Assembly: GCA_905178155.1 (NCBI GenBank)
Contig: CAJINV010000002.1
Coordinates: 10,459,455-10,523,454 of the forward strand
Source: Amoebophrya sp. A120
Taxonomy: Eukaryota; Protista; Dinoflagellata
Length of the DNA: 64,000 bases
Direction: 5' to 3'
This document shows, piece after piece, positions 48,701 to 60,100 of the stretch (the first letter of the stretch is position 1; each line of letters opens with the position of its first letter). The position numbers and the translations under genes are program-made. A model generated the notes under the pieces. It had not been told where the DNA came from. It did no database searches and saw only the letters and a program-made list of their open reading frames with translations.

Positions 48701-51426
48701 GTGCAGTGTGCCGATCATGCTGTAGTGCACGTCCTCCTTCTGGTCGCCCAGAAAGTGGGAAGACACGAAGTTCAGCGTGTAGGACCGCAGGTTGTGCTCC
48801 TTGGTGATTACGGTGTACATGTCGAAGATGATCCGCCCGTCGCACTTCACCTCCTTCTGCGGCCGCCCGTTCGGCGTGGTCCACTCGCGGATGCGGGATA
48901 TTACAATGAAAAATGCCCCCTCCCCATATCAAAACGGAAATCTGTGATGCAGATTTGTGGTCACAAATTTGTGATGCTAGAAGGCAAAAGATGCGGACTG
49001 TAGTGCTGTCTAGCGTGGGAAAGCCTTGCAGCTCCAGGATGACAGGAGACAACTGGAAGTGGGAAACAGCATGACAGATTACCTGCAATTTAGGCCGCAG
49101 CTTCGTCTCTTGGCCTTCTAGCAATACAAGTTGATTTGTGTACTCAAATACAGCATCACAAATTCGCGCATCTTCCGTTTCCGATATGGGGTGGGGGCTT
49201 TTTTCACTTTGATACGGGACTGCACCTTCGCGAGGCGGCCCAGCTCGGCGAACTCCGGGATGTCGAGGGCGGCGGCCCGCTTGAGCAAGTAGGTATGGCG
49301 TTCTCAACTGTTACATTCTCAACTGTTACATGAATTTGTCATGCATACCCGACTGCACCACATCAAAAACCTTTGCACCGTCGCCGCAAGCAGCTTCGGA
49401 CGCAGGAGATCTAGGGTCAGAAATACGGAAATACGGAATTTGTCATGCAAAAACAGAAATACGGAAAGGGACAAGCTTGCAAGTCTTGCATCACAAATTG
49501 GGTACAGATTTAGATGCTGTTTAGCCCTTCGATAATTTGTCATGCGAAGCAGCTTGATCTTCTTGCAGCTCATGGTCATTTTGCATGACAAATCATGTAA
49601 CAGTTGAGAATGTAACATTTGAGAACGCCATAGTAGGGCAGATCGAAGTTGAGAATGTTGTACCCGGTGAGGAAATCGGCGTCGATGGCGACCACGAATT
49701 TGGAAAAGGACACGAGCAGGTCCCGCTCGTCCGTGAACGAAAGGACAATCGTGTCCGCGATGTCTCTATCCACAGAAAAAAACCCATCCACATCCATTTT
49801 TTGCATGACAAACACATGATTTGATACGTGTTTTGCATCACAAATTGGATGTGGATGGGTTTTTTTCTGTGAATAGTCTCCGCAGCTGTCCAGCGTCCAG
49901 ATCACCTGCGCGAACGCGGGCCCGTCGGCCCCCACGCACTTCACTTCCGCGGCGATCTGGATCACCGGGTTGCGCTCGGCTTCGGGAAACCCTTTGCCGA
50001 ACTGGTTCCAACACTCGATATCGAAACTCAAAATCCGCAGCGGGGCGAAGGCATTCTGGTCGGAGGCAGGCTCCACGGACTTGTAGAAAACATCCAGCTC
50101 GATCTGGCACGTACCTGAGCGGAAAGGATTCGAAAAACTAAAACCTCCAAGCAACACTCTTTCGTACCAGCACACAGGTATAGTTGTATACCTTCTATTT
50201 TTCTTGATCTAACTATCTATCTACTTTTGAAGGAAAAAGGCGAAGATTTATCTACTTTTCTTGCAGATCTATCGAAATCGATGCCTGAACTCTAGTAAAA
50301 TAGAATCAAAAGAACGGCGCCTTTCTCGCGTACCGACGCGCTCGTCCGGGTTGGTCCGCAGTTTGTACATGCAGGGGGCGAGCGACACCCAGGACCCGCC
50401 GCCAAGCCCCTGGTCTACCAGAAACCGCAGGACGAAGGGCACGTTGGTTTCAAAGGTACCGAAGCCGGTGTACATCCCACCCCCCACGAGTTGAAAGCCC
50501 GTCTCGATGGCGGTGCGTGCGGCTTGGACCAGGCGCTGCACGCCCACGTGCACCTTGTAGTAGGACCGCAGTCCGTTCTCCGACCACTCCATGACGTTGG
50601 TCTTCTGCACGATCTCCACGGACAGGACGTTTTTGTTCAGGCCGATGGCTACCCGGGACTGCCGCAACTGCGCCTCCAGGGACTCCTGGAACACCTTCGC
50701 GTCCGGGATCGTGCCCCCACTCACTTGCTGCACGGGGCAGTAGAAGTAGGGGCAGAACCCGTGGATGTGAGCCAGCACGGAGTGGCCCTCGGGCGTCACG
50801 CCGTACATGCGCAGGATGGGTACCTCGGGGTTGGGACTGTCCTTCAGAAACACCGGGTGGGGCCGGCCCTGGTAGTCGTCCAGGTCCACCTGCATGAAGG
50901 TCAAGGGCTTGGTCGCAAAGTACGCGTCTACCGCCGCGGGGGGAGGGGGCGGCGGTGCGGAGGACGAGGACGATGCGGAGGCGCCCGTGATTGGCAGGAG
51001 CGGTCGCGCGCTGCTGGCCGCGGCTGCCGCTCCATTTGATGAAGTAGAAGACGGTCCTGCGGGTGCACCAGCTGCGGCGTTGGAGCTGGAGGAACTTGCT
51101 GCGTTACTGCTACTGCTGGTCGTAGTTCCACCACCACTAGCTGCAGTCACCATGCTGGACCCGACAAGCGGTCGCTTCCATTGCTCGTAGTCAATTTTCT
51201 TGGGCTCTTTCACGATGTTCGTGCTGTCCTTCAGTTCCACATGGACCAGGCTGCTGGACGACGATGCCGCCGCGGCGCCGCCCAAACCTTCAGACGTGCC
51301 CTCCAGCAGCTGCTCGTCATCGGTTCGAAGCCGTTTCGCTGGCGGGCCGTGGCGACTCTGCTGATCCCGGATGTCCTGCTCAATCAGAGCGTCGATGTCA
51401 TCGTCAAAATCAATGTTATCCTCCAT
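45712..51426 (-). CDS. POLD1: DNA polymerase delta catalytic subunit (10 exons)
   Basis: ExoI SFDIEC, Exo[10 protein letters not shown], ExoIII YCLKD; polymerase motifs [31 protein letters not shown]; CysA and CysB (CQRC..CANSDC). Introns at about 50115-50333, 49767-49880, 49294-49637, 48899-49219, 48292-48549, 47519-47708, 47035-47154, 46603-46811 and 45985-46339. Confidence 0.97.
46608..46811. mobile_element. TAT...ATA-family introner in POLD1 (non-canonical)
   Basis: Arms atcaccagaaaaagtgttcacg / atcacggcaagaagtgttcacg. Removing the element plus 5 nt restores KTANYEKSEDP. Confidence 0.72.
48297..48549. mobile_element. TAT...ATA introner in POLD1 (non-canonical donor)
   Basis: Arms tatccaatgtgaaaac / tatccagtgggaaaac. 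Removing the element plus 5 nt restores [12 protein letters not shown]. Confidence 0.78.
48899..49214. mobile_element. TAT...ATA introner in POLD1 (non-canonical acceptor)
   Basis: About 42-bp inverted repeat, perfect direct repeat cggga. Removal gives [10 protein letters not shown]. Confidence 0.9.
49294..49632. mobile_element. TAT...ATA introner in POLD1 (fully non-canonical)
   Basis: Near-perfect inverted repeat of about 52 bp, perfect direct repeat gtagg. Removal gives NFDLPYLLKRA. Confidence 0.93.
49767..49875. mobile_element. TAT...ATA introner in POLD1 (in frame, non-canonical donor)
   Basis: 30-bp inverted repeat with 1 mismatch, perfect direct repeat gtctc. Removal gives LDSCGDIADT. 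Confidence 0.9.
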
Positions 51427-52382
51427 TTTTCTTTGTAATCTTAAATGAGTAAATGCAACAATACCCTTACCTGCTACAGAACTTTTACGCGCGTGATTAC
51501 ACGGAGCGAGAAGTGGGTGAATCGGTATCGGTCAGATTTACTACACGTCACAAAACATTACATCATATTCAATCTCCAACGAACTATGGCGTTCCCCTTT
51601 TTGAAGGGGGTATAGTATCTATCAGTAGGGTGGCGAGAACGTGAATTCAAACAGAAAAACGTCGCGTGTCGCTGATACAACAAGGTTCCGCAAGATTATT
51701 TCATGCGAACGACAGATACTTTGGTCCAGGAAGGGCGGAAAAGTAAAACCACACTTGTTTGGGGAGCAGTAGCACTGCGAACAATGAGTAAACAGATTTT
51801 TATTTCCATCCAGCACAATCGAAAGAATCATTCATCTGATTCTGCACTTTCGCTACCACGGCACCTTGTGTGCCACGAGGAACTGGCGCTGGTCCGCGTC
51901 TTTTTTGCGAAAAGAATGACGACGCGAGCGGGCTTCTTGGGATTTTTGTTTTTCCCCTAAGCCATGAACAACAATAAACCTCCAGCAGTGCGCCCTACTG
52001 TGGCGCTCTTGTTTGAATTGAATTGAATGGTGGCAGCGTGACTATCTTTTATTTGCGTCTTCCCACTCCATGTCGATTGTGCTGCACAACATGTTTTTTT
52101 CATGTGGAAATTTGGAATAGTTGGACTGACACGGAAGCAGAACGGCGTAGCTTTGTAAGCGCCTTTATTTCGACGAGTCATTAGGAATAAAAACAATCTA
52201 CTAGGAAACTAGGGGCTACGGGGATGTAAAACTTGAGCCTCCGCAACAATGTGGAGATGTTTGTTCTGCAAGCACTCTATGTGTATGACTTTCTTAGATA
52301 CAAGATGCGTTCTTTGGATCTGCAGTACGCCATTCTTGACTGACTCAAGGTAAGTGAGATCTATCGCGCGTCGCCGTGATCT

Positions 52383-52742
52383 TTACCAGTATCCTCCCTT
52401 CCCCTTCCCCTTTCCTTTTCCCTTGTACGCGTATCCACTCTCGTAGTAGCTTTGGTGGACCATCACCGGTGAATGCAGGACTATGGGCTTTGGTCCGCGC
52501 TGAGAACCCCAGCCCTCGTCGCCATAGGTACGCGCATCCCACAAACAGAGGTGGTAACAGTTAAGGACTTCCCAGAGGATGTGAAGAAATATCATGATTA
52601 ACCAGCCTGTGGCAAGCACAGCAACGTTGGGGTAGGAGATACAGCAGCACCAATAGAGCCAGGTCCAGTTGTGCAGGAGGTGCAAACAGAACTCGGTTTT
52701 GCACGCTGGGGAATCCATCCCATCGAAGTTCGCCCTTATCAC
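52383..52742 (-). CDS. Possible last exon of a small membrane protein with a KG-repeat tail
   Basis: Hydrophobic W/C-rich stretch followed by YKGKGKGKGKGGYW. Upstream exons are not resolved. Confidence 0.35.
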   Translation of the reverse strand: MIRANFDGMDSPACKTEFCLHLLHNWTWLYWCCCISYPNVAVLATGWLIMIFLHILWEVLNCYHLCLWDARTYGDEGWGSQRGPKPIVLHSPVMVHQSYYESGYAYKGKGKGKGKGGYW

Positions 52743-54357
52743 ACTGAAAACTTCCCCTACAACCCTAAGGTGTGCTGGAAGTGCTTGGCCTGCAAAGTTT
52801 CCCTAGGCAACATTTTTGTCTACTTGATGTACAAATCTAAATTTTGATTTACGAGGACACTGAAATACAGGGCGCACAGATGATGTGTCATAACATGTTG
52901 GAGCTGCGCGAAACATACCAGCCTAGATTTAAAACAAACGCGGCTCATCCTGTTTATGCAAGATGTTTTTTTTTATGCAAGACAAAGAAACAGCATGTGA
53001 AAACGTTTTACGGATGAAAAACATCACCAACTTTCACTTTCTTGGGGCTGCGGGGAACTTTTCAGTTATGATAACTGTCAGACACACGCCCGTGCAACAA
53101 GCGCCGTTGCAATAACACGCAAGACAACGGACGATTGCATTCGGTTGCCAATACCGGTGACCACCCAAACATCCGAACTCGCCCAAATCCCGTCCGCGTC
53201 TGGGATCCGACCAGCACCGGTCGATAGCTAAAACAGCCGGCATAGTTTCTGGAATGCGAAAATGTCTTTGTCATCGATAAACTATACGAGCACCATGGAA
53301 AATGCACTTCGTTTGTATGTCACACTACTGAGGGGAACAATTACTGAGGATAACTACATGACCTAAGGCGTTTTTGTACTAGTGTGCGAAGTTGCCTATG
53401 AATGAGCATGGTGGGCAACAAATTTGGAAAGACTTTTATGAGGTTACGGCTCTCATACGTACTATGGGGTGTGTGCCAGTTGTGAATTCTAGTATTGCGC
53501 GTGCATTGGGGTCACAAAGAAGCCTGGTGACGTCGTGCATAAAATCCATCATCGAACTTCCTTTCGCTGCAGCGTTTCTCCTCGTTTCTGCGTTCCTCTA
53601 TATCATTCTGTAATATGGTCTCGTTTGGACTGCTACTTTAATAAAGGACGAATGGTGCACGATAAATCCGAAGTATTTCTTTGCACGAATACCGATGTTG
53701 CGCATCATTCAAACAGAAATCAGATGAACGTCAGTATCGATCACATAGGCATAGCGTTGTTCGACTTCACACACATGAGAATGTTGTAAGAAAGGGAAGG
53801 GGCTCTGGTGTAGAAGTTCACTTCGATTTATGAGGAAGAAAGATGAAGATCGCACTCGCATAGTAGGGAAAGATATCGTTGACAACCATTACAGAACCGA
53901 ACCGGAGCTGAAGAGTGCTATATTAAAGCAGTACCGACGTCTCGCGTTTTTAATCCTTTTTACTAGCTGCGGATGGGAAGTGCTCGTCTTCACCTACATC
54001 TTAAAACCCAGCGACTCACAATGGAATCGTTGGGGAAGGGCTCTTCATATCCCAACACGAAAACCGATGGCCTTACGGGAAATATAGCATAATGTTTACA
54101 CAGCGCACTATACGCAATTATCGTTTGGAAGGCACGAGTCACAGAAGGAACGCCAGGGCATGCCACCGATCATCAGCAACAATGACATTGCTCTGGATGA
54201 AAAAGTTCCTTTTCGTTCGGATGCGTTCTTGTTGTAGAACGATGTTTATTACTTGGGGCAATTCTGAAAACGACAGAGGATGATCATTCTGTCAAGAAAC
54301 CAAGGCAAAGATCATACAGATCGCAAGGCTAATAGCAGCGCAGAAGTCACGACTTCA

Positions 54358-56393
54358 CTACAAACGCCATACAGAGGAATGTGCTCGTGAGATTCGTTGC
54401 TTGAGATGGGACTCCATCTTCGAAAATCCGGTGAGGATCCCCATTTGAACCAGCACCGAGTTTTGATTTTTCGTGTCTCCGGCTTCTCCCGCGACCTCCA
54501 AAGCGCGCTGGTAGTAGGTTATGCCTGAGAGATAAGTGAATTTTTTTCAATTTCAAAATGAAAATAGTTGCGATTGATGTAGTTTTTGAGTAGCAGCTGC
54601 GATAAAGATACTTGATTTGACAGCAACCAAGCGCAAAAACAACCAACTTAAAAAAAATCGAAAAAAGATCGACTTCGAAGTACTTACATATTCCGCATGC
54701 GATTGCGGTTGCGATCGCATCAACAAAGCAGAAACCAATCGTATCAAAAAAAAAGGAAACCTTTTTCATAGTCTTTTTCCGCGGAGACGCACAGAGTTCC
54801 GAGCTTCTTCAACGCGTTCGAATTGTCGTGGTGCAGCGTGTCGCAAAGCTGCACGTAGCGCTCGATCAGCGCCCTCATTTTTGTGGGATCCTGTTCATAG
54901 GAGCTGTCACTGGAACCTATCGCCAGGTTGCCAATAGCGAGGGACTGCCCCTCTACGCTGTGCAACTGCAAAGCAAATTGAAGGGCATACCTGTAAGTAT
55001 TTTTGTATGTAAGTAATATGTTGAGTTTTGTATATTCTGGCATGTGCGTCGGCTTTGTGTGCTTGTTGTGCTGGCAAGGTCGCGAAAGCGAATCCCATCT
55101 CGACGAACAACCCGCAGGCACAGTAGCTCTTAATAAGGTATCGTCTTTCTATTTTTTCTAAACGAATGTGTCAAACTTTACTGATGATTCAGCGTGGCCG
55201 CTTCCTTCTCCCCGAGCAGGTCGTAGCAGAGCCCCAAGTTCGCGTGTGCGATGAATTTTCCCACTGAGTCTGCGATTTTTCGGTGCTTGTTGTGGAAGTA
55301 CAGCGCGGTCTTCAGCTGGTTCGTCTTGCTCGCGCCCGCATCCGCTGGCTGCGGGTGGTCTCCGACTCCTGAGGACGATGAAGATTTCGTTCCCAGAATC
55401 TGGTGCGTCGCGGCCAGGGAGTGGTACGCGAGCGCTTGGCCTTGCTTGTCCTCGCAGTCGCGGCAAATCTTCAGGAAGTCGTTATAGTACCGCAGCCCCT
55501 TCGTGTACTCCTTCAGATTGTCATGCAGCACGGCAAGACTGAAGCAACACCGACCCTCTTCCCGCAATTTTCCGCTACGGCGGCACGCCGAAAGAAGGAG
55601 CTCCAAGTCGCTTATTTTCTTCAGAGTGAAGTATCGTTCCTCCGCTGTGGGGTCGGCCTGTTGCAGTCATAATTGCATGAGTTACGATTTCTCTAATACA
55701 TTCAGCAACAGATCCACAGTTGTAGATGTAGGCTAACAAACTCAATACATACGAACATGGAGCCTTGGCTCACTACTTCTACTGTAATTTTCTTTTAGTA
55801 CATCTTAGAATCTTATCTTGTCCCATCTGAAGGTCAAGCTCAAGGTTACAGCTATTAAGCATAAAGACACTTCTGGAACACTGAATAAGTACCCCGTCAT
55901 CCTTTCGGTCGGGGGTGTTCAGGTACGCCGGTAGTTTCACCCGCAACACCGTCCAGTTCGTTTGCATTCTGGTTGGCGGGTCCCGATCGCGATCGAGGGA
56001 CCCCAACAGCGAACCGCTGTTGTTACCGCCGCGGCTTTGCAGGCCGCCCCGAGATTTCGGCAAACTGTAGTGGTTCGGCTTCTGCTTGTCCGAGGAAAAA
56101 AGCAGGCTCCCGCCGGGAGTCGTGCCCGGGCGTAGCTGGAGCGAACTGCTGCTACTACTCGAGCGGCCCTGGCCGTGCTGCGATTCGAAGCTTCGCTCCA
56201 ACGAATCCTGTTGCGACAGGTTATGCCTTGGAAAAATCGCGTTGGACTGGTTCATGTGGAAGGGGGACCGCATGCGCCCGTCGAACAGTTTCTGGTTTAG
56301 ACTCAAACGGGCCGCCCGACTTCCGCCGGGCGTCGTCTGCGCCCGGGAAGCCGGGCGCTCTGCAGTACCGAGCAACGCTCTCGGAGGTGCCAT
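54358..56393 (-). CDS. Tetratricopeptide repeat protein (5 exons)
   Basis: TPR-like helices ALAYHSLA, AHANLGLCY, AIGNLA, ALKKLG, YYQRALEVA, joined by four GT-AG introns (one of only 42 bp, 55658-55699). Confidence 0.8.
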
Positions 56394-57117
56394 TTTTCTT
56401 TTCTAGAGAAATTTTCGATGCTTTCAGGTGCTTGAATTCTTTCTACTTCACATCGATTTTTGTGCCCTTGACTTCTCCTCTCTTTATTTTCGTGCTATGC
56501 ATAGGCGTGCAGCAAAGTGGTTGCACGACGAAAATTGATTGCCTACAGCTAATAGATCGTTCACTGTATGTGTATTGTCAAAAATTTGAAACGCGATCGC
56601 CCCCTGGCTCGACCCAATAGATGAAACAACAAACCGAGCTGAGCAAAACGAAGTAGACAAATGACTTCCACTGCTCATCCTTGAGACGATTGCGAAAATA
56701 CGCTCGACGAGCTTCGTGCCACCGCTCGCGTTCTTCTCAACGACTATATTTTTCGTTTCGATGAGTGATGAAACAACGACCCACGAGATGTGACAGAAGG
56801 ACAAGGATCGACCATTACTACGCTAGCCTAAAAAGAATTGGGATTGTATCCGGACGCGGACCAACGATTGAGAGCGCGCAGGCGTTCGAGAACACAGAAA
56901 CAGAAGCACGGATCTGCCTCCATATTAGAAGCAGAACGACACCAGCTGCGGCCTCATTTTGTGACGTGGGTGTTGATGACACCAGAGAGAGGTGGTATGT
57001 TCGCGTTTGGTCTGCTGGTCAACGAACGCGTGCGCTGGCATGCGCGGTCGGGAGGATATCGGAAATCGCGACAAGCTACTAATACATGATTTAGTTCTTC
57101 CTGTCCGACACTAGAGC

Positions 57118-60100
57118 TCAAAGTTCCGCGCGGTCGTGGCCAGCCGCGGGCGGCGGTGCCCCACCTGCGGCGCTCCTCGGCGAGCGGCCGCTCCCCTTGC
57201 CCGGACCTGTTCGGGGCCGACCCGGACCCCCGCGCTTGTTATTGTCCTCGTCGTAGTATCCGCGAGGCTTCTTTCGGCGCTGCGCCGAGGCGCCGGGGGA
57301 CTTCTTTTTGGAAGCCGCGTCGCTGAGCTCGCTGAACTCCTCGGCGACGATGTCGTCGAGCTGCTGCTGTCGCGTTACCGCGTTGGTCTCCACCCACTGG
57401 GCCAGCTCCGTCAGGTTTGCGGGCGACATTTCGTTCACATTCTTCACGAACAATCCCGCAAACAGTACTAGGAAAGTCAGGAAGAGGAACAGACAGCAGC
57501 AGGCCGAGCCACAGGAGCAGGTACCCCCCGACGTGGAAGATGCGCCGGCCTTCGCGCCCCGATCGCCAGCGCTCCCCGGACCAAGGTGCACGGTGTAGTC
57601 CCCACTGGCAGACAGAGCCGTGGCAGGCCCGCTAAAGGCCACGCACTGCACCGCGAGCTGGTGGATGGGCTTCTTCGCGCTACCGCACATCTCCAGCTTC
57701 TTGAACGGCATCAGGCCTGCGCGGTAGCCGGCAACGTCGAGGGAGTACCTGTTGTAAGTTGTTTTCTCTTTAGGTAGCGGGCGAAAGAAAAGGAGCACGC
57801 AGAGGCACCACGATAAATCAGAATCACAAAACTGATGAAGCAACAAAAGACAAAATCCAAACAAAAATGTACAAATTTTTGTGCCCCTGGACAAATCCGC
57901 ACATCATCCGGTTTTTCTGGAGATTGATGCGCAGTGCGGAGCATGGCTTCGGATCGGTGTTTACTTGTATCGCGCATTTGGGTTCCTTTGCAGCCTTCCA
58001 GATACCCAGCTGTTATGCGATGATTAAAAGAGAGAATAAAAATGACAATGAGATGAAACTGCAGTAATTATTCATGGTCTCCGATTCAACTCGTTCCTTG
58101 TTCTCGATTCCTTGCAGCGACGTGAACTTTTGCTTCCTCACGTTATTTTCCGACTAAACAATAGTTTCAAAAAAACAAAGACACGACTTCTTCCTACCAT
58201 CGCAGGGCCCCTGGGACCCGCGGCACTGAGGAGCACACTGTCTTCAGTCAAGAAGTGCGGGAACTTGAGAGTCATCGGGCTCGGCTGCTGCACATCAGGG
58301 TCGTTCCATACTATTTTCGACACTTGTTCGCCCGTATCGATACGCCAGACGCAACAGCTGCGGTCTTCAGAAACCGTGGCGACAAGCCTGTTGTGTGCAG
58401 TTCGTGCTCGTGGTCGTGCATAAATCCTGATAAAAATACGGAAAAAACTTTCCGTGTTTTAAATCGTCCTCATCCTCATCGACAAGATCGAAAAAAGGGT
58501 GCTAGGAAGTACACAACCAAAAAGGAAACTGAAAAGAATCATGCCGATAGTCGCATCGTACTTTTCGTCTGGGGATACGTCCATAGCTTCGATTTGCTTT
58601 GTGTGTCCCCCAAACTCCACCAGGGGTGTGTTTTTCCAGTCTGGGTAACTCCAGACCTTAGCGACGCCATCCGTTCCCGCTGTTAGAAGATAACCCTCGC
58701 AGAGACTGTGGAATTTCATTTATTCATCGTGATAAAATAAACCATGTCTCAAAAATACATACATACACGCTCCACGCGGCTCTGCGAGAGGTTTGTGGTG
58801 CTCTAAATTTGACCCTGTCTCCCGGAAAGCGATCCACCCAACGTAGTACGGGCGAGCAAGGGTGTGAAGGAACCCTCTGCGTTCGTGATGTGGACGAACG
58901 CCGCAAGAGGTGAACAAGGATCCTGGAGGTGCCTGGGCCGCCCTTTGCTGGGGGGGGCGACTTAGAGCGCACCGGCGGGCTCTATATCGATCCATGCTCC
59001 TGATGGCCGCGTCAATGCGTCTTCGCTACGAGCGTCGTGTTGATTGATTTTGCCGCGATCTTTCAATGTCGGCGGCGGGCTACAAGCCTTGTGCCGCGTT
59101 CATCGTGCATCCTGTATTCTAGCGGATGCAACTGCTCCATCTCTCCACAGATAGAGAGAGGAGGGGGGGAATCTACTACGAGCAGGCCCCCCGATGCCAG
59201 GGCAGCCTCTACGGCAGCAACCCGGAGGGCAGACGCGGACGCACGGGAAAGGCGCAGGGACCAGCCCTGCGAGGGCATTGCATGCGTCAACGCGCGTAAG
59301 TAAGAGCGATGGGGGGCGCAGCCCAATCCTTCGGACGCGGGCCCATGGCTTTCAGGTGCTTGCTAGGTGGCAGGGAGGCGCATGGCAGTCGCGGGCCTTC
59401 GTGTCTCGCACATCTTTGCGCGCTCGCTGCGTGGCCCTGTATTGGCGTCCCGTTGTCGTATGCTCCGGGGCTGCACACGCAACCGATCGGATGCGACGGG
59501 CATGCCACAGGGGAGGCTACAGGGGCGTGGGCAATGTTTTTAGACGCTGAAGGCGGCGCGCGATGGTCTAGCTGCGAGCTAGACCTGCTGCGGCGAGCGT
59601 TCCACGGACCGAACTAGGCCAGATGCTCCACAGGCCTCGCGTAGCTGAGGCGGATACATTGTCTCACTCTGAGCGCGTTGCCAGTCGGTCCTGGCATCTG
59701 CTGGGTCCTAAAGACAGACCAAGTACTTTTGTGCTCCGAGCACATGGGCTCCCTTCCCTACAAGGGCGGGAATGTCTCAAAAATGAATGTCGGAGGAGTT
59801 GTATGTAGGTAGTCCTAGTCCTCGGAAAAAGAATGTGCAACAGCCCTTGTTCACACTGCTGCCCAAAACAACATCAGCTGTCAGCAACAAGAGTTCGCAC
59901 AAAGAGACGTAAGAAAGGAAGTAGTACATCATTAGCTCCTGGCAGCCCGGGTCCTCGCCGCCAGTATATCTGTTTGGCACGGGTTTAACCTCGCTTTTAA
60001 ACTCGTGGACCACCTTCATTTTTTCATCTTCTGTTATCTCCAATACGTAGCCCTTGGGTCCCGCGGACACGCACCACAGGTCCTGTTTGGCCGAGTACGT

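Noticed and set aside
45712-51426. POLD1 as a fragmented pseudogene or a viral/Polinton polymerase
   Set aside because: All breaks resolve as introns, and the catalytic and CysA/CysB motifs are intact and delta-type.
52214-52238. Both halves of the dinoflagellate spliced leader (GGCTCAAG, CCGTAGCC) on the minus strand
   Set aside because: They are in the wrong order, only 8 bp each and not at a gene 5' end; likely chance.
58755-59811. Imperfect inverted repeat tacatacataca / tgtatgtaggta suggesting a TIR transposon
   Set aside because: The match is low complexity, and the perfect 13-bp direct repeat defines the insertion better.
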